This document shows, in pieces, positions 46,894-55,963 of a stretch of 64,000 bases of DNA. The notes below the pieces were generated by a model. The model was given only the letters and a program-made list of their open reading frames with translations. It did not search any database and was not told the origin of the DNA. A program made the position numbers and the translations under genes. Every line of letters starts with the position of its first letter. Within the stretch, counting starts at the first letter, position 1. Source of the DNA: Paracoccaceae bacterium (GTDB taxonomy: Bacteria; Pseudomonadota; Alphaproteobacteria; Rhodobacterales; Rhodobacteraceae); contig PAQV01000011.1 of the NCBI GenBank assembly GCA_002709405.1, forward strand, positions 1,936 to 65,935, read 5' to 3'.

Positions 46894-48456
46894 TCAGCCA
46901 GCTGGCCTGTCCACCACCTGGCCGGGGTGCCGCTCGGCCCAATCGGCCAGGAAGGCTGCCATGGCGGCCCCGGCCTCGGCCTTGAGCATTCCCCTGGGCA
47001 GGGCGACGCCCTGGTGCAGGGCCTGTTCCATGCAGCCCAAGTGATCGCGGTCCGCCCGGTGCGGGCAGTTGAGCGAGCCGTGCAGGATGGTGTCCAGCAG
47101 CCCGCCGCCGAAGCGGTTCACGTGGCCCAGGTCCGGGCGCTGGCCGAGGAAGAAGGCGAAGACATCCGCCTGGCCCTCCCACCCAGCCAGCATCAGGGGG
47201 GTCAGCCCCATTTCATCCGTCCCGTTGCTATCGAACCCCATCTCTACCAGCCGTTGCATGTGCCCCAGCGCGCCTGGACGGCCGGACATGCGGCAGAGCA
47301 GCCGGCGGCTTTCGTCGGACAAAACCGCCATATCGATCCAGTCGCGCGGGCCGGCGGTGCCGTCGGCGGCCCGGGCCAGCTGGGCTTCGGGCCCCGAAAG
47401 GGTGGTATCCCCGCCCGCCTGTGCGATGACCTGGGCCACCGCCGCATTGCCGTGCATCCGGGCCAGGGCATAGGCCGTGTGGCCGAAGGCCCGGGCCGAC
47501 GGGTCCGCCCCATGATCCACCAGCATGCGGGCCGTTTTGGCCGAACACATCCGCCGGGCGGCATGGTGCAGGGCGCCGGTCACAAGCTGCGGTTCTTCCG
47601 AGGGCTGTCCGGCGGCAAGCTCGGCCGGGCCGGACCCGGCGGCGAGCAGCAGCGAGACCGCCTCGGCATCGTCGAAATCGAGCGCGCGCAGCAGGGCGTT
47701 GGTCCCTTCGGGCCTGGCTCCGTGCGCGAGCAGAAGGCGGATTCCGCCCCGGTGACCCAGCTCCGTCGCGTGGTAGAGCGATTCGTTGTCGTTGGGGTCG
47801 GCCCCGTGATCCAGCAGCCATTCGGCCAGGGCCATGTTGTTGCCGTGCCCGATCGCCCCGTAAAGCACCGAGAGCCGCTGGTCTGAACCCTGTTCGTCGG
47901 CGATCGTGTCGTTCACATCGGCCCCGGCGGCAAGCAGGGCCTGGGCAACGGCCAGCATGTCGGCTTCGGCCCCGCCGCATTGGTGAAACCGGGAAAAGGC
48001 CAGGTGGGCGATGGGCCTGCGATCGCCGTCGGGGCGGGTGGCGGCGGCGGGGTCTTTGGCCAGCCGGCGGGAGACCTCGGCCACGTCATAGGTGGCGCAG
48101 GCCAGGCCCAGGCTGTCTCGGCCCAGGTCGGGGGTTTCGGCCAGCAGGGCGTCGATCACCCAGGAATGCCCCTGGGTCAGCGCGCGGCCCAGCCGGTCAG
48201 CCCGGGCGGCGCGGTCGAGGGCACGGGCGTCCTCTGCGAAGACCAGTTTGGGCCAGCTGTCGTGCCCGGCCTCTCGGGCCAGCACGTGCAGGGCGTCGGC
48301 ATGGCGCAGGGTCTGCGCCCCGGGCAGCACGGCATGGACCCGGGACACGGCCTGCGGGTCGCTGTCGGCAAAGGCCTTGCGCAGGGACTTGGCGGCGCGT
48401 CTCAGGAATTCCGGGCGCGCCTGGTCCGGGCGCAATTGGGTCGGGGTGTTTGTCAT
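46894..48456 (-). CDS. Ankyrin-repeat protein
   Basis: 520 aa. Repeated ..ALH.A....G....LL..GADPN/D. units (LLAAGADVND, LLDHGADPND, LLAHGARPEG, LVDHGADPSA, ..). No signal peptide is evident. Confidence 0.85.
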   Translation of the reverse strand: MTNTPTQLRPDQARPEFLRRAAKSLRKAFADSDPQAVSRVHAVLPGAQTLRHADALHVLAREAGHDSWPKLVFAEDARALDRAARADRLGRALTQGHSWVIDALLAETPDLGRDSLGLACATYDVAEVSRRLAKDPAAATRPDGDRRPIAHLAFSRFHQCGGAEADMLAVAQALLAAGADVNDTIADEQGSDQRLSVLYGAIGHGNNMALAEWLLDHGADPNDNESLYHATELGHRGGIRLLLAHGARPEGTNALLRALDFDDAEAVSLLLAAGSGPAELAAGQPSEEPQLVTGALHHAARRMCSAKTARMLVDHGADPSARAFGHTAYALARMHGNAAVAQVIAQAGGDTTLSGPEAQLARAADGTAGPRDWIDMAVLSDESRRLLCRMSGRPGALGHMQRLVEMGFDSNGTDEMGLTPLMLAGWEGQADVFAFFLGQRPDLGHVNRFGGGLLDTILHGSLNCPHRADRDHLGCMEQALHQGVALPRGMLKAEAGAAMAAFLADWAERHPGQVVDRPAG

Positions 48457-48739
48457 CGGTGTCCCTCACGATATGCCCGATGGTCCGCTCTCCGGGCTGG
48501 AGTTCAACCGAAATGGTCTGCGTCGTCGTCAGGGGGGTGCCGATACGGCTGTCCGCGGACCCGGTTGCCGCCCCCGCGCGGCTGGGCATGGATAGCCCGG
48601 TCGGGTCGTCGAGACAAGACCCGACCTCCTGTGCCCCTCCCCGGCCCCCGACCCCATCCAGGCGCGAAGTTCGATCGGGGCGCTTGCGGTTCCCCCGGCT
48701 GACCCGGTAGCCTGCGCGCGACCCTGCGAAAGATACCTC

Positions 48740-50524
48740 ATGACCGACCAGCCCGCCTACCAGGTGCTCGCCCGCAAGTACCGCCCCGAGACCTTTGCCG
48801 ACCTGGTCGGCCAGCAGGCCATGGTGCGGACGTTGAAGAACGCCTTCGAGGCCGACCGCATTGCCCAGGCCTTCATCATGACGGGGATCCGGGGGACCGG
48901 GAAGACGACGACCGCGCGGATCATTGCCAAGGGGATGAACTGCATCGGGGTGGACGGGACCGGCGGGCCGACGACCGAGCCTTGCGGGCAGTGCGAGCAT
49001 TGCCGGGCGATCATGGAAGGCCGCCACGTGGACGTGCTGGAGATGGACGCGGCGAGCCGGACCGGGGTGAACGACATCCGCGAGATCATCGATTCGGTGC
49101 GGTACCGGGCGGCCTCGGCGCGGTACAAGATCTACATCATCGACGAGGTGCACATGCTGTCGACCAGCGCGTTCAACGCGCTGCTGAAGACGTTGGAAGA
49201 ACCGCCCGAGCACGTGAAGTTCATCTTTGCGACGACCGAGATCCGCAAGGTGCCGGTGACGGTGCTGTCGCGGTGCCAGCGGTTCGACCTGCGGCGGATT
49301 GAACCCGAGGACATGGGCGGGTTGTTGAAGAAGATCGCGGCGGCCGAAGGGGCGGAGATTGCCGAGGATGCGCTGGGGCTGATCATCCGGGCGGCCGAGG
49401 GGTCGGCGCGGGATGCGACGTCGTTGCTGGACCAGGCGATTTCGCACGGGGCGGGCGAGACGACGGCCGAGCAGGTGCGGGCGATGCTGGGGCTGGCGGA
49501 CCGGGGCCGGGTGCTGGACCTGATGGACATGATCCTGCGGGGCGATGCGGCCGGCGCCCTGACCGAGCTGGGGTCCCAGTACGCCGACGGGGCGGATCCA
49601 TTGGCGGTGCTGCGGGACCTGGCCGAGATCACCCACTGGGTGTCGGTGGTGAAGATCACGCCGGATGCGGCCGAGGATCCGACGGTATCCCCGGATGAAC
49701 GGTCTCGGGGCGTGGCGATGGCCGAAGCCCTGCCGATGCGGGTGCTGTCGCGGATGTGGCAGATGTTGCTGAAGGCGCTGGAGGAGGTCTCGGCCGCGCC
49801 GAACGCGATGATGGCGGCGGAAATGGCGGTGATCCGGTTGACGCATGTGGCGGATCTGCCGTCTCCGGAAGAACTGGTGCGGAAGATCCAGGAGGCGGGT
49901 GGTCCCGTGGGCGGATCTGTTGGGCCTAATGGCGGGGGGTCTGGCGGGGCTGCCCCATCCGGCCCGGCAGGCCGGGCCGAGATGCGCCCGCCCGCCGTGC
50001 CCTATGGCGGTGGCGCGGGTGGCCAACGAGGAGGGCAACGGGGGGGCGGGCCGGCAACGGCGCGGGCCCATGACACCGAAACGGCCCTGGCCCATTACGC
50101 GACCTTCCAGCGGGTGGTGGAGCTGATCCGGTCGAACCGGGACGTGAAGCTGCTGGTCGAGGTCGAAAGCGGCGTGCGGCTGGTGTCCTATGCGCCGGGG
50201 CGGATCGAGTTCTGCCCGGCTCCCGGCGCGCCGGGGGACCTGGCCCAGCGGCTGGGGGGCAAGCTGCAGACCTGGACGGGGCACCGCTGGGCGGTGATCG
50301 TCAGCAACGAGGGCGGCGCGCCGAGCATTGCCGAGGTGCGGGATGCGGAACGGCTGGCGATGGAGGCCGAGGCCGAGGAGACCGAGATGATCCGGGCCGT
50401 GCGGGCGCATTTCCCGCGGGCCAAGATCACCGAGATCCGGACCCATGCACAGCTGACGGCCGTGGCCGAGACCGAGGCCCTGCCCGAGGTCAGCGAAGAA
50501 TGGGACCCGTTCGACGAGGATTGA
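48740..50524 (+). CDS. dnaX: DNA polymerase III subunit gamma/tau
   Basis: 594 aa with ARKYRPETFADLVGQ, Walker A GIRGTGKTTTARI, the zinc module CGQCEHCRAI and the box KIYIIDEVHMLS. Confidence 0.95.
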   Translation: MTDQPAYQVLARKYRPETFADLVGQQAMVRTLKNAFEADRIAQAFIMTGIRGTGKTTTARIIAKGMNCIGVDGTGGPTTEPCGQCEHCRAIMEGRHVDVLEMDAASRTGVNDIREIIDSVRYRAASARYKIYIIDEVHMLSTSAFNALLKTLEEPPEHVKFIFATTEIRKVPVTVLSRCQRFDLRRIEPEDMGGLLKKIAAAEGAEIAEDALGLIIRAAEGSARDATSLLDQAISHGAGETTAEQVRAMLGLADRGRVLDLMDMILRGDAAGALTELGSQYADGADPLAVLRDLAEITHWVSVVKITPDAAEDPTVSPDERSRGVAMAEALPMRVLSRMWQMLLKALEEVSAAPNAMMAAEMAVIRLTHVADLPSPEELVRKIQEAGGPVGGSVGPNGGGSGGAAPSGPAGRAEMRPPAVPYGGGAGGQRGGQRGGGPATARAHDTETALAHYATFQRVVELIRSNRDVKLLVEVESGVRLVSYAPGRIEFCPAPGAPGDLAQRLGGKLQTWTGHRWAVIVSNEGGAPSIAEVRDAERLAMEAEAEETEMIRAVRAHFPRAKITEIRTHAQLTAVAETEALPEVSEEWDPFDED

Positions 50525-50931
50525 ATGGGGGCTGAATGGGCCTGCACCAAGGCCCCTATAATTGAACTTAGCGGCACAATGGGTAACGTCGCCACGATCC
50601 CGCGTTGCAAAGGTCTGCCGCCATCGCCCGTTCTGCCGACCCTGATCCCATATTCCCGCCGGGCTGTGGCCTTTCGGGCCCAGACCGGCCCGCCCCTTGG
50701 GGCCACGGCCTGATGCGAAAGCCTGGCCAGCTATGCGCACGAATTGGACTCGGCCCTGCTGTCGGCGATGATTTCGCCCGGGGTGACGGCGCTCGACCGG
50801 CTATACACCTTCGAGGACCTCGCATTTGACGGGGAGTTCTTATATGAGTACGGCAACACGTTGACCGGCGAGATCCGCAAGGCTGGGCTTCGCATTCCGG
50901 CAACGACAACACTCTTCTGAAGGACGATACG

Positions 50932-51276
50932 ATGCTGAAAGGACTTGGCGGGCTTGGCGACATGGCCAAGATGATGAAGGCCGCGCAGGACATGCAGACC
51001 AAGATGGGCGAACTGCAGGAGCAGATGGCCGAAATGACCGTCGACGGGGAATCCGGAGCCGGGCTGGTCAAGGTCACGGCCTCGCTGAAGGGCGAGCTGA
51101 AGGCGCTGGACATCGACCCGTCGATCCTGGGCGGCGACGACAAGGAAGTCGTCGAGGACCTGATCCTGGCCGCCGTGAAGGATGCCCAGTCCAAGGCCGC
51201 CGAGGCGCAGCAGGCCGAGATGGCCAAGCTGACCGAAAGCCTGGGCATTCCCAAGGACATGAAGCTGCCGTTCTGA
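50932..51276 (+). CDS. ybaB: YbaB/EbfC nucleoid-associated protein
   Basis: 114 aa. Contains MMKAAQDMQTKMGELQEQMAEMTVDGESGAGLVKVT..G.. Canonical position between dnaX and recR. Confidence 0.9.
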   Translation: MLKGLGGLGDMAKMMKAAQDMQTKMGELQEQMAEMTVDGESGAGLVKVTASLKGELKALDIDPSILGGDDKEVVEDLILAAVKDAQSKAAEAQQAEMAKLTESLGIPKDMKLPF

Positions 51277-51297
51277 ACGGCGGGCTGAGCGGACGCG

Positions 51298-51891
51298 ATG
51301 TCGTCGACCCGCGACATAGACGCGCTGATCGAGATGATGGCCAAGCTGCCCGGGCTTGGCCCGCGCTCGGCCCGGCGCGCGGTGCTGCACCTGATCCGCA
51401 AGCGGGCGTTGTTGCTGACCCCGCTGGCGGACCTGATGCAGACGGTGGCCGTGACGGCGCGTGAATGTCGGCGCTGCGGCAACGTGGGCACGGCGGACAT
51501 CTGCGACTTCTGCACCAGTGAAAAGCGGGCCACGGGGGAAATCTGCGTGGTCGAGGACGTGGCCGATCTGTGGGCGATGGAACGCGCGGGGGCCTTCAAG
51601 GGGCGCTACCACGTGCTGGGGGGCACCCTGTCGGCGCTGGACGCCGTGGGCCCCGAGGACCTGCGCATTCCGCAATTGCTGGACCGGGTCATGGATGAAA
51701 ACGTCTCCGAGGTCATCCTGGCCCTGAACGCCACGGTCGATGGCCAGACGACGGCGCATTACATCGCCGACCAGCTGGAAGGCCGGGTGCGGCTGACTTC
51801 GCTGGCGCAGGGTGTGCCGATCGGTGGAGAGCTGGATTACCTGGACGACGGGACGATCTCTGCGGCGCTGCGCGCGCGCAAGGACGTCTAA
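51298..51891 (+). CDS. recR: Recombination protein RecR
   Basis: 197 aa with [11 protein letters not shown] (HhH), the C4 zinc finger [16 protein letters not shown] and a Toprim region. Confidence 0.95.
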   Translation: MSSTRDIDALIEMMAKLPGLGPRSARRAVLHLIRKRALLLTPLADLMQTVAVTARECRRCGNVGTADICDFCTSEKRATGEICVVEDVADLWAMERAGAFKGRYHVLGGTLSALDAVGPEDLRIPQLLDRVMDENVSEVILALNATVDGQTTAHYIADQLEGRVRLTSLAQGVPIGGELDYLDDGTISAALRARKDV

Positions 51892-51895
51892 GGCC

Positions 51896-51971
51896 TGTCC
51901 CATTTTTGGGTGATTGTCCCGGATTGAAGCGGGTGCGTGTGTCCCTGATATGGGTCGTTGTCCCATTTTGG
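51896..51971. repeat. Short dispersed direct repeats (TGTCCC x4; TGTCCCATTTT(T)GG x2)
   Basis: TGTCCC at 51896, 51915, 51940 and 51959. The first and last extend to TGTCCCATTTTTGG / TGTCCCATTTTGG. Located in the 200-nt convergent spacer after recR. Confidence 0.6.
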
Positions 51972-52090
51972 ATGTGCGGCGGCCTGCGGGATGAATTGGA
52001 TAGACAGACCGCCGCACGCCCTGCCGCGTGGGACGCGCGACAGGGCCCCGGGGCGCGCCACGCCCCCGGAATTCAAAGGCTTACTGGGGC

Positions 52091-52504
52091 TTATTGGGCG
52101 GTGATGACGGTCATAACCAGGTTGCCGTCGATCTTGATCGGGCCGTCTTCCTTGGCGCCCAGCGTGTATTCGAACCTGCCGGTTTTCATGCCGCCAGTTT
52201 CGCCGTGCACCATCAGCATCAGCATGTCTCCGGGAGCGACCGCTTCGGTCAGGATCGCGGCGACATCGACGTTTTCACCCTTGCGCAGGGGGGCGTAGCC
52301 GACGACGGGGCCGGGCTTCATCTCGGCATCGGTGCGGTGCACGACCATCCAGCCGTTTTCGCCGGCGGTGATCATGTCGGCGCTGACGACGCCATTGGCG
52401 ACCGACTGGTCCGAGGCCTCGACCGCGGGGGCCATGGCATGCGACGCGGCAAAGGCCGAGCCGGCGGCGAGGATCAAGGCGGAGGCGATAAGTTGGGTCT
52501 TCAT
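52091..52504 (-). CDS. Small secreted protein, hypothetical
   Basis: 137 aa from MKTQLIASALILAAGSAFAAS (signal peptide). The remainder of the 401-aa track ORF is antisense to the sigma factor gene and is rejected. Confidence 0.6.
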   Translation of the reverse strand: MKTQLIASALILAAGSAFAASHAMAPAVEASDQSVANGVVSADMITAGENGWMVVHRTDAEMKPGPVVGYAPLRKGENVDVAAILTEAVAPGDMLMLMVHGETGGMKTGRFEYTLGAKEDGPIKIDGNLVMTVITAQ

Positions 52505-52735
52505 GATGTGTCTCCCGTGTTTTGCGCGGGCCGTTTGCGGCGGCGCTATGTGTTCAGGCACGGGGCGGGCCGGCCGGAAGTTTCGCCAAATCTGCGGGGC
52601 CCGCGCACATTTTCGGTAAGTCCCTGAATTAAAGTCACAATTAATTTCATCGCCTCGCGTCCCCGGTCTGGTATGCAGGGTCTGGTAAGCAGGGGCCGGG
52701 CGCGCGGGGCGCGGACCGTTCCCCCGAGGGAGGCC

Positions 52736-53281
52736 ATGACGGACGACAGGCAAGAGCTTGAGCGGATGCTCGGACGCATCGCCCTTGGCGACCGCCAGGC
52801 GTTTTCCGAGCTGTTCGACCACGCGGGTCCGAAACTTTTCGGGCTCTGCCTGCGTGTACTCAAGGACCGGGCCGAGGCGCAGGACGCGCTTCAGGACAGC
52901 TTCGTGAAGGTCTGGCGCCATGCCGACCGGTTCGAGGTCTCGGACCATCACCCGATGAGCTGGCTCATCACCATTGCCCGCAACACGGCCATCGACCGGC
53001 TGCGGGCGCTCAAAGCGCACGAGGATATCGACGACCACACGCACCACCTGACCGGCCGCGGGGCCGGGCCCGAAGCCGCCGCCATCGCAAGGTCCGAGGC
53101 GGCGCGGATCAGGGCCTGCCTGGCAGAGCTGCCCGAGGACCGGCGCAACGCCGTGCAGAGGGCTTACCTGGAGGGCGACAGCTATGCCGACCTGGCCGAC
53201 CGTTACGGCATTCCGCTGAACACGGTGCGAACCTGGCTGCGGCGCGGGCTGATGGCCTTGAGGGAGTGCATGTCCCGATGA
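52736..53281 (+). CDS. ECF-type RNA polymerase sigma-70 family factor
   Basis: Start ATG after GAGGGAGG. Region 2 (..SWLITIARNTAIDRLR) and region 4 HTH (SYADLADRYGIPLNTVRTWLRRG). Confidence 0.9.
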   Translation: MTDDRQELERMLGRIALGDRQAFSELFDHAGPKLFGLCLRVLKDRAEAQDALQDSFVKVWRHADRFEVSDHHPMSWLITIARNTAIDRLRALKAHEDIDDHTHHLTGRGAGPEAAAIARSEAARIRACLAELPEDRRNAVQRAYLEGDSYADLADRYGIPLNTVRTWLRRGLMALRECMSR

Positions 53282-53991
53282 GTGAAGAGATGCCATTCGA
53301 CGACGACGATCAGATGCTGGCGGCCGAATATGTCCTTGGCCTGCTGTCCGGAGAGGACCTGGCCGAGGCGCGGCGGCGCCTGGCCGGGGACCCGGCCTTT
53401 GCCCTGAGTGTCACCCAATGGGAGATCGAGCTGAGCGAGCTGGCCGTCGATGTCGCCCCGCAACCGGTGCCCGCCGCAGCCTGGCGCGGCCTGGAGACCC
53501 GGGTGTTCGGCGCCCCCGACATGGGCGTCCCGGCCCGGCTGCAGGCGGCGCTGGCCTTCTGGCGCGGGCTGAGCGTGGTGGCCGTGCTGCTGGTGGCGAT
53601 CTTGGGCTACCTGGTGGTCAGCGGGCCGGATGTCGCGCCGGGCTTCGGGCCGTCGGACGGGTTGATGGCGGCTGAAATCACCTCGGACGACGGCAGTTTC
53701 CGCTACCTCGCGGTGCTGGACGAGGATGAAGGCGTGTTGCAAGTCACCCGGATTTCGGGCACCGCTCCGGCGGGGCGGGTGCTGCAGGTCTGGGCTCATG
53801 GCGACGACCAGCCGGCGATTTCTGTGGGTCTGTTCGGGGACGGAGACACCGCCCGCCTGCCCCTGCCCCCCGAATTGCGCCGGGTGACGGGCAATTTCAC
53901 CATGGGCATGTCCGAGGAACCCCCCGGCGGGTCCCAGCAGGACGGGCCGTCGGGCCAGGTCATGGGCCGGGGCGTGATCGCGGGGCTTTAG
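53278..53991 (+). CDS. Anti-sigma factor (RskA-like, single-pass membrane)
   Basis: ATGA overlap with the sigma gene stop. N-terminal anti-sigma helix region (LAAEYVLGLLSGEDLAEARRRLAGDPAF), one TM helix (LSVVAVLLVAILGYLVV) and a periplasmic C-domain. Confidence 0.8.
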   Translation: MSEEMPFDDDDQMLAAEYVLGLLSGEDLAEARRRLAGDPAFALSVTQWEIELSELAVDVAPQPVPAAAWRGLETRVFGAPDMGVPARLQAALAFWRGLSVVAVLLVAILGYLVVSGPDVAPGFGPSDGLMAAEITSDDGSFRYLAVLDEDEGVLQVTRISGTAPAGRVLQVWAHGDDQPAISVGLFGDGDTARLPLPPELRRVTGNFTMGMSEEPPGGSQQDGPSGQVMGRGVIAGL

Positions 53992-54009
53992 GGGCTGTAA
54001 GGCCGGGCT

Positions 54010-54777
54010 TTATTCCGCAGCCGCGCAGGCGGTGGTTCCCTGACCGGCCTCTGGAGTGGACCCGTGCACGGCGTCGATCTCGTCGGCGACCAGTTTCTGC
54101 AGTTTCCACATGTAGCTGTCGTGGATGCCAAGCTGTTCCAGGTGCGTGACCGTGTTGAACAAGTATTCGGCGCAACTGCCGGCATGGCCCACGGCCCGGG
54201 CCAGGCGATGGACCTGGTCCTCGATCGGCAGGCGGATCAGGCGGGCCTCGCCCTTGTGGCGGCGCGAGGTCGGCGGGGTGCAGTAGAACGCCAGCCCCCG
54301 GAAGCTTTCGCCGTTGGCCCGCAGGGTGACCCAGCGGATCCAGGGGATCATTTCCAGGAAGGCCCCTTCGCGTTCGATCAGGCGGATCATGCGGCCCATC
54401 TGGTCGTCCTCGGGCATCTTGAAGCCCACGCCATTGCAGGCCCCGCCATTGTCGAGGGCCAGCATCAGGCCCGGCTGTTCGGGCGTCGCGCGCCAGCCGT
54501 TCATGTCGAGACAGAAGGACCGGTGCCAGCCATGCAGCAGGCAGGGGCGGCGTTCGTCATATTCGAAGGCCGGTTTCCAGATCAGCGACCCATAGGCAAA
54601 GACCCAGAACGGCCGGCCGGCGTTTTCATCCAGCAGGCGGCGGGCGAGGTCTTCCTTGTCCTGGTCCGTCATCGGCGTGTGGGTGGACGAGGGCCCGGGA
54701 TCGGGAACCTCGCGATAGACCCGGTCGACGTGGTCGGCGGTCAGGGCAATGGGGCGGCGGGAGGTGCGGGAGGGCAT
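54010..54777 (-). CDS. ChaC-like gamma-glutamylcyclotransferase family protein
   Basis: Contains FWVFAYGSLIWKPAF and ..LMLALDNGGACNGVGF.., typical of the ChaC family. The start may lie further downstream (MTDQDKED). Confidence 0.75.
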   Translation of the reverse strand: MPSRTSRRPIALTADHVDRVYREVPDPGPSSTHTPMTDQDKEDLARRLLDENAGRPFWVFAYGSLIWKPAFEYDERRPCLLHGWHRSFCLDMNGWRATPEQPGLMLALDNGGACNGVGFKMPEDDQMGRMIRLIEREGAFLEMIPWIRWVTLRANGESFRGLAFYCTPPTSRRHKGEARLIRLPIEDQVHRLARAVGHAGSCAEYLFNTVTHLEQLGIHDSYMWKLQKLVADEIDAVHGSTPEAGQGTTACAAAE

Positions 54778-54875
54778 GGGCGCTCCGGTTTGTCGTGGCT
54801 GGCCATAAGGTCGGGTCGCGGCGACCGAAGGTCAACCCATGCGCCTGCATGGCCGGCGCCCCGGGGCCGGGGTGC

Positions 54876-55352
54876 TCAGGTTCTGGGCGCGGGACGGGGG
54901 GCGCTGCCCCCCTGCGGGCGGCCGAGGCGGCCGGTCAGGCGCAGCCCGTCGCGGAAGCTGAGGCCGAGGAGGGCGATGTTGACGGCGCCGAAGACAAGCT
55001 CGATCCCCTGGACGGCGTAGAAGGCGCTGTCGAGCCGGCCCTGGCCTGCGCGGCTGGTCAGGACCAGGGCCGAGGGCACGAGGATCATCAAGCCGTTGGC
55101 GGCGATCCAGGGCATGCGGGCGCGTTTGGCGGTGATGTGCGGGGTGTGGCGGGCTTTGGCCCGGGCGGTGCCGGTGGCGGCGGTCAGGATCAGGGCGGGG
55201 ATCAGCAGCAGCAGGGCCCAGGGCAGATGCGTCTTGAGCCAGAGGACGGCCTCGCGGCTGCCCATGGTTTCGGTCAGCAGGGTCGAGAGCCAGAAGGCGA
55301 TGATGGTCAGAAGCGCCGTGGTGGCGGCAATGGGGTGCAGGATGCGGGGCAT
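54876..55352 (-). CDS. Integral membrane protein, hypothetical
   Basis: 158 aa with four hydrophobic helices. Divergent from the MarR gene and shares its operator region. Confidence 0.55.
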   Translation of the reverse strand: MPRILHPIAATTALLTIIAFWLSTLLTETMGSREAVLWLKTHLPWALLLLIPALILTAATGTARAKARHTPHITAKRARMPWIAANGLMILVPSALVLTSRAGQGRLDSAFYAVQGIELVFGAVNIALLGLSFRDGLRLTGRLGRPQGGSAPRPAPRT

Positions 55353-55370
55353 GGGATCCTCCGGGGATTT

Positions 55371-55467
55371 ACATAGCAGGCTATTGATCCGGGCGCAGCG
55401 GGGTGTGGCGCGACTCGGGGCGTGCTAGTTACATAGCATGCTATGGGATTATTGCATAGCCAGCTAT
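55371..55467. promoter_or_regulatory. Three copies of a CATAGC-NN-GCTAT(G) palindromic box (likely MarR operators)
   Basis: ACATAGCAGGCTAT (55371-55384), ACATAGCATGCTATG (55431-55445; a perfect 14-bp palindrome CATAGCATGCTATG) and GCATAGCCAGCTATG (55453-55467). All lie between the divergent membrane-protein and MarR genes. Confidence 0.6.
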
Positions 55468-55475
55468 GTTTCCTT

Positions 55476-55952
55476 ATGCCAAGGCGCATGAGCTTTGCCC
55501 GCAAGACCTCGGCCGGTTACCTGGTCAACCACCTGGCCCGGCTGTTCGCGGCCGGGCTGCAGGCGCGGATCAAGCCGCTGGGCCTGTCGACGGGGACCTT
55601 CCCGATCATGTTGCAACTGTGGGAACAGGACGGGCGCAGCCAGCGCGAACTGGTGCAGGCGCTGGGGATCGAGCAGGCCACGGTGGCCAATTCGCTGAAC
55701 CGGATGGAGCGGGACGGGCTGATCCTGCGGCGGCCCGACGATCACGACGGGCGGATCAAGCGGACCTGGCTGACTGCCCATGGCCGGTCCCTGCACGGCC
55801 CGGCGGTACAGGCGGCCGGGGCCGTGAACGACGACGCGCTCGCCGGGTTGTCCCCTGACGAGCGCGTGGTGTTGATCGGTCTGATGTCCAAGGCCATTGC
55901 CACGTTCGGGAAGGACAAGGACGGGCAGGACAAGGACGAGGGGGACGGCTAG
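55476..55952 (+). CDS. MarR-family transcriptional regulator
   Basis: Winged-helix core ..SQRELVQALGIEQATVANSLNRMERDGLILRRPDDHDGRIKRTWLT. Start at 55476 (or 55488). The track start 55443 lies inside the operator box. Confidence 0.85.
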   Translation: MPRRMSFARKTSAGYLVNHLARLFAAGLQARIKPLGLSTGTFPIMLQLWEQDGRSQRELVQALGIEQATVANSLNRMERDGLILRRPDDHDGRIKRTWLTAHGRSLHGPAVQAAGAVNDDALAGLSPDERVVLIGLMSKAIATFGKDKDGQDKDEGDG

Positions 55953-55963
55953 GCGCCTGCCCC

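Noticed and set aside
48740-50524. Programmed -1 frameshift site in dnaX (gamma versus tau, as in E. coli)
   Set aside because: No A AAA AAG-type slippery heptamer followed by a stem-loop was seen in the middle of the gene. Many non-enteric bacteria lack the frameshift, so no claim is made.
48197-50740. 847-aa ORF on the minus strand, the longest in the track
   Set aside because: It is entirely antisense to dnaX, which has unmistakable Walker A, zinc-module and clamp-loader motifs. Its own translation is an Arg/Pro/Gly/His-rich string with no motif. Long stop-free antisense frames are expected at about 65% GC.
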